A stretch of DNA of 64,000 nt from a virus: positions 26,762 to 90,761 of IMG/VR virus record IMGVR_UViG_3300030037_000006. One strand, written 5' to 3'. A program made the translations under genes and the position numbers. The notes under the pieces are model-generated. The model ran no database searches. It was not told where the DNA came from and worked only from the letters and a program-made list of their open reading frames with translations. Positions 18,847 through 30,961 of the stretch are shown in pieces; the first letter of the stretch is position 1; every line of letters begins with the position of its first letter.

Positions 18847-20042
18847 TGAACATTAAACAACAATTGATTGCGTTACTAGAAAGCATTGACAAAGATGCCT
18901 CTATTTTCTCACTCGATAAACGTGAAGAGATTGGCACATTGTTTGAATCTACTTTCAACGAAAAAGTTGAAGCTGCTGTTGCAGAAGTAGATGAACAAAA
19001 CACTAAAGAACTTAGTGACCTAATCGAATTATTTAAAACAAAAGAAACTGAGGCATTAGCTGCTCAAGATTCTGACTATGCAGATAAAACTGAAGAACTA
19101 CTTGATCTTCAAGATGCTGACTATGCAGACAAAGCAGAAGAGCTCTTAGACCTACAAGATGCAGACTACGCTGATAAAACTGAAGAACTTCTTACTCTTC
19201 AAGACGCGGACTATGCTACAAAAACTGAAGAAATTATATCTATCGTCAAAGGTTTAAAACCTGAAGAAGCAGATGTATCTGAATTGGAAGCTACCATCGA
19301 AGCATTAGAAGCTAAAGTTACTGAACTTGAAACTCCTGCTGAAGAAGATGAAGATGAAGAAGAAGATGAAGAAACTCCTGACGTTGAAGAAGATGAAGAA
19401 GATGAAGAAGTTGTAGAAGAATCAAAAGAATCAAAAGAATCAAAAATCATGTCTGAAGAAGATATGGAAGATTTAGTTGAATCAATTGATGAACAATTAG
19501 AAAACTTCCTTGATACAGAGCAAGGTGGCGTTTTAGTTCAACAAGAAAAGTATGACAAAGCAATGAAAGCCATTGATACTATCAAGGATATGCTAGTTCT
19601 TACTGATGAAGATACTGAAGAAGCAATCAACGCAAAAGAAGAAGAGTTACAAGAAGCTCTTAAAGAAAATACTCGCCTAAAGACTGACAAGGAATCTATG
19701 ATTTCTGAATCAGTAAATAAACGCAAACTGTTTGAAGCTAAAAAACTACTTGAAAGTAAAGTAAAAGGTTACGATCGTACTAAACAATTGTATTTGAAAC
19801 AAATGTTCAAAGGTCGCCAATCAGCATACATTACCGAAAAAATGGATGAAGTAGCAGAAGCTTATGATAAAGAACTTCACGAATCTCGCTATACAGCGAA
19901 ATTAGCCAAAAGAGAAGAAACACCTCTATATGTAGATACTGTTTTATCTGAAAGTACTCTATCCGATGAAAATGAAACTGTTGATGGACCTGATATGAGT
20001 CAATATATCAATGCTGTTTCTGCAATGGACCAATATATTTAA
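18846..20042 (+). CDS. gp22: Prohead core scaffolding protein
   Basis: Acidic coiled coil between protease and MCP; IGTLFESTFNEKV; C-terminal MSQYINAV. Confidence 0.85.
   Translation: MNIKQQLIALLESIDKDASIFSLDKREEIGTLFESTFNEKVEAAVAEVDEQNTKELSDLIELFKTKETEALAAQDSDYADKTEELLDLQDADYADKAEELLDLQDADYADKTEELLTLQDADYATKTEEIISIVKGLKPEEADVSELEATIEALEAKVTELETPAEEDEDEEEDEETPDVEEDEEDEEVVEESKESKESKIMSEEDMEDLVESIDEQLENFLDTEQGGVLVQQEKYDKAMKAIDTIKDMLVLTDEDTEEAINAKEEELQEALKENTRLKTDKESMISESVNKRKLFEAKKLLESKVKGYDRTKQLYLKQMFKGRQSAYITEKMDEVAEAYDKELHESRYTAKLAKREETPLYVDTVLSESTLSDENETVDGPDMSQYINAVSAMDQYI
19065..19244 (+). repeat. 4 x 45-nt (15-aa) tandem repeat QD(A/S)DYADKxEELLxL in scaffold
   Basis: Seen in translation and DNA. 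Confidence 0.85.
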
Positions 20043-20134
20043 ACAATAGTTCAAGCAGAGATAAATAAGTAAAATTAAACATTTACATCAAAGCTTAAAC
20101 AAACAAACTTAATCTAATTATAAGGAAATAAAAT

Positions 20135-21676
20135 ATGCAAACTGCACATTTAACTGAACAATACCAAGGTGATGTTCTTAAGAAATGGGCTCCCGTTATT
20201 AACGGCGGAGCCTCAAAAATCAAAGACCGTAGAACATTGCTTAACACTGCGCTCGTAATGGAATCAACTGAAGCAGCTTCTGCTTCACAAACGCGCCAAC
20301 AGCGTCTTAACGAAGCATGGACAACTGGTTCTATGTCAGCTGGACCTGGTGCAGTATCTGGTTCTACTCCAATTGGTGGTGGTGCTCTTGGTGCTACTGA
20401 CGATCTCGGTATCGGTGACTCACGTATCCCTTCTGTAATCGTTCCAATGCTCCGCAGAGTTTTCCCAGCGCTTATCGCTCACGAAACTATGTCAGTACAA
20501 CCTATGGCAACGTCTATTAGTCGTGCATACGCTCTCCGTCTCCTTTATGGTGACAATGCTGGTGGAGTAACTGCACCTGGTACTGGTATCGAAGCTGGTT
20601 ACAATACTCTTGTTCCTGGTCACTCTGGTAATGCCGGTGCAGAAGATCGTTCTGGTAATTACAACATTGAAGACCTCGATGCTGATGGTGATAAAATCTC
20701 TGGTATTGATACTACTGGTGATGGTGCTGAAGATCTTTTAACAACTGATGAAGTTGCATTCGGTCGTCCTTTGGATGCTACTGCTGCTGCCGGTCTTAAC
20801 GATCAGACTTTCCTCTCTTCTTATCAAGGTACTAATGACTTCACTGGTCAAGGTGCTGCTCTCGGTGCTTCAGAGTACTGGACAGTTGGTACTGATATGC
20901 CAATGCTTGCAATGAAAATTGTTAGTGGTGTAGTTGAAGCTAAGACACGTAAACTTGCTGCTACTTGGTCTAACGAAGTTGCTGAAGACATGCTCAACAT
21001 GCAAGGTATTGATATTAACGCTGAAATGGTTAATGGCCTTTCAAATCAAGTTGGTCAAGACATTGACAGACAGTGTCTCACTGAAATGAACTCTGCTGCA
21101 ATTGCTGGTAAACTCGGTCGTACTAAGTCAGTATGGAATGCTGCTCTTTCAGACGGACGTAACCAGAACGAACGTATCGGAACTCTCTTTACACAAGTTC
21201 TTCTCGCTGCTCGTAAGATTGCAATTAACACACGAGTTGGTGCTGGTAACTTCGCTATCGCTGATAACACAGTAACATCATTGCTTGAAAGAGTTGGTGA
21301 GTTTGGACTTGATGGTTCTGCTGCTGGTATCGATGGTAAAGCTGGTATCTCACGTGCAGGAACACTCCGTCAAGGTAAGATTAAACTCTTTACTGATACA
21401 TTCGGTGGTGATTTCATTAACGGCCGTGGATATGTTATGCTCGGTTATAAAGGTACTGATAAGTATGATTCAGGTATTGCTTACTGTCCATACGTACCGA
21501 TTGAACTTACTTCAATCGCTGCTGCTCATGATGACTTCAATCCAAGAGTTGGTGTCCGTACACGTTACGGAATGCTTGACTCATTACAAGGTGCTTCGAA
21601 TTACTATCATTACGTAATGGTTGAAGGTCTTAACGATTCTACAGCTGGTGATGACGGAAGAACATTCTTGTTCTAG
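20135..21676 (+). CDS. gp23: Major capsid protein
   Basis: KKWAPV, PMLRRVFPALIA, VQPM, VEAKTRKLAATWS, GYKG...YCPYVP, FNPRVGVRTRYG; late promoter 20060-20067. Confidence 0.97.
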   Translation: MQTAHLTEQYQGDVLKKWAPVINGGASKIKDRRTLLNTALVMESTEAASASQTRQQRLNEAWTTGSMSAGPGAVSGSTPIGGGALGATDDLGIGDSRIPSVIVPMLRRVFPALIAHETMSVQPMATSISRAYALRLLYGDNAGGVTAPGTGIEAGYNTLVPGHSGNAGAEDRSGNYNIEDLDADGDKISGIDTTGDGAEDLLTTDEVAFGRPLDATAAAGLNDQTFLSSYQGTNDFTGQGAALGASEYWTVGTDMPMLAMKIVSGVVEAKTRKLAATWSNEVAEDMLNMQGIDINAEMVNGLSNQVGQDIDRQCLTEMNSAAIAGKLGRTKSVWNAALSDGRNQNERIGTLFTQVLLAARKIAINTRVGAGNFAIADNTVTSLLERVGEFGLDGSAAGIDGKAGISRAGTLRQGKIKLFTDTFGGDFINGRGYVMLGYKGTDKYDSGIAYCPYVPIELTSIAAAHDDFNPRVGVRTRYGMLDSLQGASNYYHYVMVEGLNDSTAGDDGRTFLF

Positions 21677-21712
21677 GATTTTAATTAATCTTTAGAATTT
21701 AGAATTCTGATT

Positions 21713-21745
21713 GGGATCCGATTAATTAATCGGATCCCTTTTTTT
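21713..21745 (+). terminator. Terminator after MCP
   Basis: Perfect 26-bp palindrome gggatccgattaattaatcggatccc + T run. Confidence 0.85.
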
Positions 21746-21801
21746 ATGTTTAAAGCTTATAGTTGTTTCTTACTAGAAAAACAACTAAACAGAAGTTTAA
21801 C

Positions 21802-22353
21802 ATGAGCGAAGAAAAAAAGTCTGAAAAGAAAGCAGACGATACTATATTTTATACAACATATCTAACAGCAGATCAGACAGCTAAAGATAATAAAGAAACC
21901 TCTGATAATAAATTCCTTCCTAATGGAGAGCTTAGACAGAGACGCAAAAGAACATCAAAGAATTCTAGAATTTACGTTGATCCGCATGAGCTAATGGATG
22001 AACTACTTGAATTTAAACGTACAGACATTATATCTGAAAACCTTGGTAGCATGTTTATCAAGATGGCTATTAGATTCACTTCATCATCTAAGTTTAATGG
22101 TTACTCATGGCGAGATGAATTCATTTCTTGTGCACTTATAAGAATTGTGAAGTACATTGATAAATTTGATCCTGAAAGAGAAAATTGTAATCCGTTTGCA
22201 TACATATCTAAGATCATTGAGCACGAAGTAATTAAAATTATCAATAAAGAAAAGAAAATAATTGATACAAACAATAGATTGCGCACAGCTGTATGGACAG
22301 AAATTGAAACAGAAAATGGTTTAGAACATGTAGATCTAAATGAAGAAGGATAA
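21802..22353 (+). CDS. gp55: Late transcription sigma factor
   Basis: YVDPHEL, LGSMFIKMA...FNGYSWRDEFIS...KYIDKFDPE...NPFAYISKI. Confidence 0.9.
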   Translation: MSEEKKSEKKADDTIFYTTYLTADQTAKDNKETSDNKFLPNGELRQRRKRTSKNSRIYVDPHELMDELLEFKRTDIISENLGSMFIKMAIRFTSSSKFNGYSWRDEFISCALIRIVKYIDKFDPERENCNPFAYISKIIEHEVIKIINKEKKIIDTNNRLRTAVWTEIETENGLEHVDLNEEG

Positions 22354-22399
22354 ATTGTTGTTTTATAAATCTTAACTTTAAACTTTATTGGAATCTTAC

Positions 22400-23569
22400 A
22401 TGACAGAATATAACCCAACTATATATGAAGTAGACGCAGAGAGATTTATTTCATTTAGTGATTTTCATTGGGGTAAGAATAAAGATGCAGAAGTGAAACT
22501 TAAACATAATGATAGTTACATTGACTGGTTAATCGGTGAATGTAACTCTCAATCAATTGATACCTTAGTATTTCTAGGTGATTGGTTTGAGTCTCGCAAT
22601 AATGTATCTGTCAAAACTTACAACCATTCATACAAAGCTCTCAAAAGAATATCAGCAGCAGGTATAAAGATATACATGTTCGTAGGTAATCATGATGCCT
22701 ATTTCAAAAATACTATTGAAGTGAATTCACTTTCCCCATTGAATCACATACCTGGCGTCCATATTATTGATCGCTATAGCATATTAAAATTTACTAATGG
22801 AAGCTCTATTGGACTTTTCCCATGGGAAGAATTTAACGAAGAACACTTGGATCAATATAAGAAAGAATCTTTTGGCTGTATTATGGGTCATTTTGAATTT
22901 GTAGGAGCATCATTCTCTAACTTTACTGGTCACGTTTGTAAGTCAGGTCAAAAATCAGGAGATCTTATTGAAGCTTCTCCGCTAGTATTCTCTGGTCACT
23001 TCCATATCAGAAAAGAATATGTATACAAAAATGGTAAAATTGTATGTATCGGATGTCCACTAGAATTAGATTGGGGAGACTATCAAGATGTTAAAGGATA
23101 CTACATTGTTAACTCAGCCGATATGTCATATGAATTCTATGAAAACACTCACTCACCAAAGCATTTAAAACTATATTGGAGCAGAATAAAAAGGAAAGTT
23201 GAAGAGAATATCAAAAACATCGAAGGTAATTACATTAAGTTAGTAGTTGATGAAGAATATGATTTCAACCAGATCAGCAATCTAATCCAGAAAATTAATG
23301 CAAAGAACCCTCTTAGACCATGTCAGCCTAACTTCATTGTTAATACCGATGTGCATCTTATTACCAACAGCGACTTTGATAAATCAGGTCTACTCAATGT
23401 TAATAGCAAATTTGATTATATTCAACAGTATATAAATTCTTTAGAAGAAGCTCAGTTTGATACAAATAAAGTAGAAAAAGATGTTTTATTGGATAAACTA
23501 AAGTATGTATATACTTACACTATAGAAAAGCTAAAACATGACCAAGAATTAAAAGAGGATTCTGAATGA
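22400..23569 (+). CDS. gp47: Recombination nuclease (Mre11/SbcD-like)
   Basis: SDFHWG, LGDWF, GNHD, GHFE, SGHFH. Confidence 0.92.
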   Translation: MTEYNPTIYEVDAERFISFSDFHWGKNKDAEVKLKHNDSYIDWLIGECNSQSIDTLVFLGDWFESRNNVSVKTYNHSYKALKRISAAGIKIYMFVGNHDAYFKNTIEVNSLSPLNHIPGVHIIDRYSILKFTNGSSIGLFPWEEFNEEHLDQYKKESFGCIMGHFEFVGASFSNFTGHVCKSGQKSGDLIEASPLVFSGHFHIRKEYVYKNGKIVCIGCPLELDWGDYQDVKGYYIVNSADMSYEFYENTHSPKHLKLYWSRIKRKVEENIKNIEGNYIKLVVDEEYDFNQISNLIQKINAKNPLRPCQPNFIVNTDVHLITNSDFDKSGLLNVNSKFDYIQQYINSLEEAQFDTNKVEKDVLLDKLKYVYTYTIEKLKHDQELKEDSE

Positions 23570-25380
23570 AATGTGAAAATCATATCCAATTCAACTGGAT
23601 AAGCATAAGTAATTTTATGTCAATTAAGGACGAGGTAGAATTTAGCTTCTCTGACTTTTATGGATTGAACTTTATTGTAGGTAACAATAGAGATATTGAA
23701 AATTCAAAGAATGGATGTGGCAAATCAACTATATTTTGTGCTGCTACATTATTCGGACTTTACGGTAAAACTCCAGTAAATGTAAAGAAAGGATTCCTAG
23801 TTAATAGGAGTGCTGGTAAAGCTGCAGTAATTAAAATAGAGTTGGAACGAGGAGCAGATACTTATACAATTGAATCAGGCCTCCATCCAACTTATGTACA
23901 TATTACAAAAAATAATAACGAGGATGTTACTAAACATTCAATAGGTGAAACACGTAAGTTCATCGAAGAAGAAATTATTGGCGCTTCATTTGATATGTTT
24001 AAACACTCAGTGGTACTCTCAGTATCATCACAAAAGTCAATATTCGAATTATCAATGGGACAGAAACGAGAGTTTATTGAAGATATCTTTGATCTGAACT
24101 TCTTAGGTGGAATGTTCCATAAGAATAGATATGATTTAAACTTACTCAAGAAATCAATAAGCCATCTTAAAATTGAATTTGATACTATTAGCGATAGCAT
24201 GAAATCATTTGATACTAAGCATAAATCTTTCCATGATGATAAGACAGAAGAACTTAATAAAATAGGTAAAACTGTTAATGCCATTAAAGAAAGAATTACT
24301 ACTTACAACGATATCATTCAAGGTATCAATCATGAGAAATTATCCAATGCAGTAAACGATATCAACAAGAAAACTCCTGAACTGGAAATTAAAGTTGATA
24401 ACATTGAATCTGATAAGAGAAAGCTTGTTAATGAAAACAAATTACATGTTAAAGATATCAAGCATTTAAACGTGTTGTTTAAGAAGTATAAAGGAATACT
24501 TGAAAAAGTAGGGGATTGCTGCAAACATATAGTAGATAAAGAATTTGATATAAGTGCAAATGCTCACGATATACAAGAGTTAAAAACTGTTATTGACGGT
24601 AATTCAGAATTGATATTAGAATATGACACAAATTTGACTAAGCTTAACACCGCAATTGAAAAACTTACTAATGCTCAGGCTAGCTTCGAGAAGAAATTAA
24701 ATTCGTATGAAACTGCCAGGACTCAAGTAGAATATAATGAAGAAAAACTAGCATCAATTCAAAATGATTATGAAAATCTTGAAGCTAAAGAATCCCCGTT
24801 TAAAGAATTACTTAATGAGTCCACTGCTAAGACAAATGACATTGAAACTCAAATAGGTAGCTTAGCAAAAGAAGCTGCTTATTCTAAATACATTGATTAC
24901 ATTCTTAGTCCTGCTGGTATTAAATCATGGATCATTTCTAAAATGATTGACAATATGAATTCAATTGTTTCAAGTTATCTCAATGAACTTGGCGCAGATT
25001 ATTCAGTATTATTTAATTCCAACCTTGAATCTACATTCCTTACAACATCAGGTGAATGTGATTACAATAACTTTTCATCAGGTGAAAAGATGAGAATTAA
25101 TCTAGCAATGACATTCGCTATACGAGATATTCTCCACTCTCAAGGAATATTATCTACTTCAATTATAGTTTGTGATGAAATGATTGATGCTAGCTTAGAC
25201 GATGTTGCAATAGAAAATGTAATGAAAATACTAAAAAGAATCTCTGTTACTCAATCAGTGTTTCTTATATCACATAAAGAAGTTATCGAATCTTCTGAAA
25301 CTATCGATAACGTAATTGAAATTGTAAAAGAAAATGGCCAAACTTTCATTAACGAAAGCTCAATGCCAAACGGATCATAG
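23566..25380 (+). CDS. gp46: Recombination ATPase (Rad50/SbcC-like)
   Basis: NGCGKST, coiled coil, FSSGEKMR, CDEMID, ISH. Confidence 0.93.
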   Translation: MKCENHIQFNWISISNFMSIKDEVEFSFSDFYGLNFIVGNNRDIENSKNGCGKSTIFCAATLFGLYGKTPVNVKKGFLVNRSAGKAAVIKIELERGADTYTIESGLHPTYVHITKNNNEDVTKHSIGETRKFIEEEIIGASFDMFKHSVVLSVSSQKSIFELSMGQKREFIEDIFDLNFLGGMFHKNRYDLNLLKKSISHLKIEFDTISDSMKSFDTKHKSFHDDKTEELNKIGKTVNAIKERITTYNDIIQGINHEKLSNAVNDINKKTPELEIKVDNIESDKRKLVNENKLHVKDIKHLNVLFKKYKGILEKVGDCCKHIVDKEFDISANAHDIQELKTVIDGNSELILEYDTNLTKLNTAIEKLTNAQASFEKKLNSYETARTQVEYNEEKLASIQNDYENLEAKESPFKELLNESTAKTNDIETQIGSLAKEAAYSKYIDYILSPAGIKSWIISKMIDNMNSIVSSYLNELGADYSVLFNSNLESTFLTTSGECDYNNFSSGEKMRINLAMTFAIRDILHSQGILSTSIIVCDEMIDASLDDVAIENVMKILKRISVTQSVFLISHKEVIESSETIDNVIEIVKENGQTFINESSMPNGS

Positions 25381-25389
25381 GAACTAAAC

Positions 25390-26049
25390 ATGTCAGAACA
25401 AATGTCAAAGGAAGATTTTAACAAAGCATACGAGGCTCAAGAAAAAGCATTAGAAGCTCAGTACAAAACATATGTTATTAAATATTGTCGCAAAGATCAA
25501 GACCATAAGGAAGATCCCGGATGTATAATAACTGTAAAAGAGGAAGGTTTAAACGCAAGAGAAGTTACAGAATTTTATGCTTCTCTGTATACTATTATTA
25601 GTGTTAACGTAGATAAACCTGCGCAAGCAGAACCACAACAACGAAGAGTTCAACCTGGTCAAAGTCAAACTAATCCATTGGGAATTCATCCTCAAGTTCC
25701 TTTAATTGCTAGTGCACCTAAATATGAGTACATGGAAACACCAGATGGGTCTAAATTTAGAATAGATTCTGTAACCAAAAACGTAGAATTTGAAGTTATA
25801 GAAGTTATTGATTTTGATACGCGTTCTTCTGCTACAATTTCAAAAGCTATATCTAAGGCAATAGAGAGTGCAAATTCTCTAAGTGATATTAAGATTAAAT
25901 ATCGTGATACACCTACAACTTCTAAGAATGTTAAGCTATCATCTTTCTTAGTATTATTTAATCATAATATCGAGTTTTCTGAGAAATTCAATATCGAGAT
26001 AGTATCGATATCAATTGGCGGTGTCTGGAAATCAGCCAAGCCGGCATAA
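25390..26049 (+). CDS. Hypothetical protein
   Basis: 219 aa, RBS AGGA. Confidence 0.65.
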   Translation: MSEQMSKEDFNKAYEAQEKALEAQYKTYVIKYCRKDQDHKEDPGCIITVKEEGLNAREVTEFYASLYTIISVNVDKPAQAEPQQRRVQPGQSQTNPLGIHPQVPLIASAPKYEYMETPDGSKFRIDSVTKNVEFEVIEVIDFDTRSSATISKAISKAIESANSLSDIKIKYRDTPTTSKNVKLSSFLVLFNHNIEFSEKFNIEIVSISIGGVWKSAKPA

Positions 26050-26055
26050 ATTCAA

Positions 26056-26139
26056 TCTAGCGCTCTTATAAGTATTTTACAATATAACAAATGTCAAAAA
26101 AACTAAAGAGCGCTAGAATGCACTTGGACCTAAGTCCAA
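26056..26139. promoter_or_regulatory. Inverted repeat plus hairpin upstream of methyltransferase-groES-groEL
   Basis: tctagcgctctt (26056-26067) / aagagcgctaga (26106-26117); ttggac-ctaa-gtccaa (26124-26139). Confidence 0.5.
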
Positions 26140-26173
26140 CTAAAACAAAATCCGTAAATGGAGAACTATTAAA

Positions 26174-26824
26174 ATGGATGTAACTTATTGGGATAAGCAA
26201 TATTCACAAAAAGGACGAATATATAGAGATGAATTTCCTACTAACTTTGCTCAGTACTGTCTGACAAATTGGGTAAATTATTTTATCTCTGATAGAGAAA
26301 ACGAAAATTCTAATGTAATCCTGTTAGATATTGGTGCTGGTAATGGAAGAGACAGTAAACTGTTTTATGATTCCGGTGTAAAAGTATTAGCAATTGATCA
26401 ATCAGGTAATGCTGTAAATTGTATTAGGGATATTAAAGGTATTGAATCTGTATGTGCAGATATTACTGAATATGTTCCAACTAAAAGATATGACATAATT
26501 TATAGTCGCCAATCGTTAGATTACATTACAGATAATCAAGTATATGATATGCTATCTAAATTTAGTAATAACTTTCTTAGTGATGATGGTATAGTTTGTT
26601 TAGAATTAAAGAGTGATAAAGACATGAATAACTTAGGTAGAAATGTATCTAAGATATCTGATCATGAATTTATTAAATCAAAACATTACATACGATTCAG
26701 TAATTATGAAAAGATAGTTAAAGACGTTAGAGATCTTGGCTTTGAAATTCTACATAAACATGAATCAGCTGTTGGTGAGTTCTATGAGAACCAAGCAGTT
26801 ATCAGATTAATAATTGGACGATAA
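26174..26824 (+). CDS. Class I SAM-dependent methyltransferase
   Basis: LLDIGAGNGRDS, AIDQS, YDIIYSR. Confidence 0.85.
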   Translation: MDVTYWDKQYSQKGRIYRDEFPTNFAQYCLTNWVNYFISDRENENSNVILLDIGAGNGRDSKLFYDSGVKVLAIDQSGNAVNCIRDIKGIESVCADITEYVPTKRYDIIYSRQSLDYITDNQVYDMLSKFSNNFLSDDGIVCLELKSDKDMNNLGRNVSKISDHEFIKSKHYIRFSNYEKIVKDVRDLGFEILHKHESAVGEFYENQAVIRLIIGR

Positions 26825-26827
26825 TTT

Positions 26828-27163
26828 ATGAACAGCGCCACAGCAAGTCATTATTATAAAAGATATCCGCTAAAAAGTGAAAAACTTCTAGATCTTCATG
26901 GATCTTATGTAATGATTAAGATACTGGAACAAACTCAAGAAATTGAAAGAAAGAAGAAAAATATAATTTTAAATCTTGACTCTAGATTTATTAATCAAGG
27001 ATTAGTACGAGGAGAGATTATTAAGCTAGGAAATTTAGTAGTAAATGATCTAAGTATAGGAGATGTTGTTTTCTATGATAGATATGCGGCATACGGTATG
27101 CCACCAACAGAAGAACATTTGAATGTGATTCTCGCGGAAGAAAATATTATTTTTAAAGAATAA
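26828..27163 (+). CDS. groES: Co-chaperonin GroES-like
   Basis: VMIKIL...IIL...RGEIIKLG...LSIGDVVFY...ILAEENII; adjacent to groEL. Confidence 0.75.
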   Translation: MNSATASHYYKRYPLKSEKLLDLHGSYVMIKILEQTQEIERKKKNIILNLDSRFINQGLVRGEIIKLGNLVVNDLSIGDVVFYDRYAAYGMPPTEEHLNVILAEENIIFKE

Positions 27164-28831
<1,668 letters not shown>

Positions 28832-28850
28832 TTACTAATTAGTTAATAAA

Positions 28851-28880
28851 GGGAGAGTACTTTAAGTACTCTCCTTTTTT
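28851..28880 (+). terminator. Intrinsic terminator
   Basis: ggagagtac-tttaa-gtactctcc + T run. Confidence 0.85.
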
Positions 28881-28934
28881 CGCAGGCAAAATGATAAATA
28901 GATTATAAAATAATATTACTTTGGAACTTTGTGC

Positions 28935-29963
28935 ATGAGCATTCTAGCATTGGATGATTCACTAGAATCATTAACAAACTTATACACTACACTCGATTAC
29001 ATGTCAGAAGGCAATCCTATTTCGGATACTGCTAGAAGACTAATAGGTGAAGTTGAACCTATCATCATTGCTTATGATGATGACTTTAAATCTTGGAAAT
29101 CTTATACAGGAACTGAATTTAAAACTTTAGATAACGTAAAAGATAAAGACGTACTTGCAATAGACATCATGTATGTTGAAATGGTGGATGACAAAGCAGC
29201 TCTCGTACATCACAATAAAGCTAACAGTAGTACATCACTTAGTGTAATGGCACCTGTACTTCGATATAGTTCTAAAGATAATACAATTACTAACTTAATT
29301 AATGGATCAAGTGTCCCATCTAGTAATCCTCATGATATGTTATCAGGTTTCGATATCTCTCTCAACAACTCAAAGTTTATTGTCATGGATCCTGTATCAC
29401 TTGAAGATGATGAAGATATTGACGTAGAAGATCTTGAAGATCCTGAAAATACTGATATACCTGAAATGGAAGAAATCACAGAGTCAGTGACGCATGACAA
29501 TTACGTTAACATTATAACTATACCTCTCACTAAAGCTATCGATCATATCCGTCACTTCTATGCATTGTATGGCACTAATGGAACCACAGCTAAAAGGGCA
29601 ATCGAATCTTCTGAATATATGCTTGATAGATTCGATAAGATTTATAACATTCGTGCTTTAGATTCTGAAGTAACTGATAATCCAATTAGCTCAGATACTT
29701 TGTATAGTAAGTATGATCACATTATCGTAACTAGCAGATGGAAGTTCAACCCTGAAATAGGATACTCGATGTCTGCTGATTCATCTTCACTTGGAGAAGA
29801 TGATGTTATATTCGATGTGCCGATGGTTATTCTATCATATTCAGATGACATCAATGGTCAAGTTGGAGTTATTGCTACTGACTTATATGATCATACATTT
29901 GATGCAGAAGAGACTGATGATTACTTGGACACTACAGATATAAAACTTCTCCTATTAAAATAA
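28935..29963 (+). CDS. Hypothetical late (possibly virion) protein
   Basis: GATAAATA at 28893-28900; acidic. Confidence 0.65.
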   Translation: MSILALDDSLESLTNLYTTLDYMSEGNPISDTARRLIGEVEPIIIAYDDDFKSWKSYTGTEFKTLDNVKDKDVLAIDIMYVEMVDDKAALVHHNKANSSTSLSVMAPVLRYSSKDNTITNLINGSSVPSSNPHDMLSGFDISLNNSKFIVMDPVSLEDDEDIDVEDLEDPENTDIPEMEEITESVTHDNYVNIITIPLTKAIDHIRHFYALYGTNGTTAKRAIESSEYMLDRFDKIYNIRALDSEVTDNPISSDTLYSKYDHIIVTSRWKFNPEIGYSMSADSSSLGEDDVIFDVPMVILSYSDDINGQVGVIATDLYDHTFDAEETDDYLDTTDIKLLLLK

Positions 29964-30941
29964 ATGGCCGACAAAATTCCGGTACTGTTCGTAGGAAAGA
30001 CAGTAACTGACGAAATGTTTGCTATAATATCTAGCGATCTTGCACCAGAATGCGAGGTTCATTACACATATCCAGATGAATATAATTATATGATGCTTGT
30101 TAAAAGCTTCGATAATATCATAACATGGGGATGTGGTAGTAGATTACAGAATACCGGAAAGAATATCCTGTACTTAGAAAATGGATCACCTTCACAAGTA
30201 TATAGTATGTATATTGATAGTAAAGGGTGGGGCAACCATAGTAGCATATATAAAGAGAATACCGACAACGCTTATGATAAATCTCCTAGCAAATTCAAGT
30301 ATCTTAGAAAAGTTATCGGGTATGTATGCAGAAACTACTTAGGTATTAACGATTTAAATTTCCAGAAATATGATAAAAATGGTCCTATACTATTCGCATT
30401 CCAGAATACAGATGACTTTCCTTTTATAGATGCATTTGACATTAAACTTACAGACAGCAATGACAAAATGGTTCAACTTTTAATTAACTTAACTAGATCT
30501 ATTCCTTCTGATCAAGAATTAATATTAAGACCTCATCCAATGTACAAAGATAACTTTTATGAGAAGCTTAAGAAGTTTCTAAAAATTATGGACTTTCCAG
30601 ATAACTGGACTTTGGATGATTGCAATTCTAAACTTAATGTTAGGCTATCAAAATGTTCCAAACTTATAAGTGTAAACTCAACTTCAATACTGGAAGCAAT
30701 GACTACTGGAATTCCTATCATTACTTTAGGAAAAGGATTGTATTCAGGTAAGAATTTAACTCATGAACAGAAGCCAGATAACATAAAAGTTAGGCGTATA
30801 GGCATGAAAGACAATACAAAACGATTGAATTTTTTATGTAAGTTGTTAGAACATAACAACATAGCTTATATTTCTCAGAAATCAGTACTAACTAACATAC
30901 ATTATTTAAATTTTAAGTCTTTATTGTTTACTAGCAAGTAA
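29964..30941 (+). CDS. Capsule-synthesis KpsS/KpsC-like (GT-B fold) protein
   Basis: LYLENG, LFAFQ, LILRPHP, ISVNSTSILEAMTTGIPIITLGKGLY. Confidence 0.7.
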   Translation: MADKIPVLFVGKTVTDEMFAIISSDLAPECEVHYTYPDEYNYMMLVKSFDNIITWGCGSRLQNTGKNILYLENGSPSQVYSMYIDSKGWGNHSSIYKENTDNAYDKSPSKFKYLRKVIGYVCRNYLGINDLNFQKYDKNGPILFAFQNTDDFPFIDAFDIKLTDSNDKMVQLLINLTRSIPSDQELILRPHPMYKDNFYEKLKKFLKIMDFPDNWTLDDCNSKLNVRLSKCSKLISVNSTSILEAMTTGIPIITLGKGLYSGKNLTHEQKPDNIKVRRIGMKDNTKRLNFLCKLLEHNNIAYISQKSVLTNIHYLNFKSLLFTSK

Positions 30942-30961
30942 CAAGCAAAGGACATAAATAT

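Noticed and set aside
19065-19244. CRISPR-like array
   Set aside because: The repeats are in-frame coding repeats without unique spacers.
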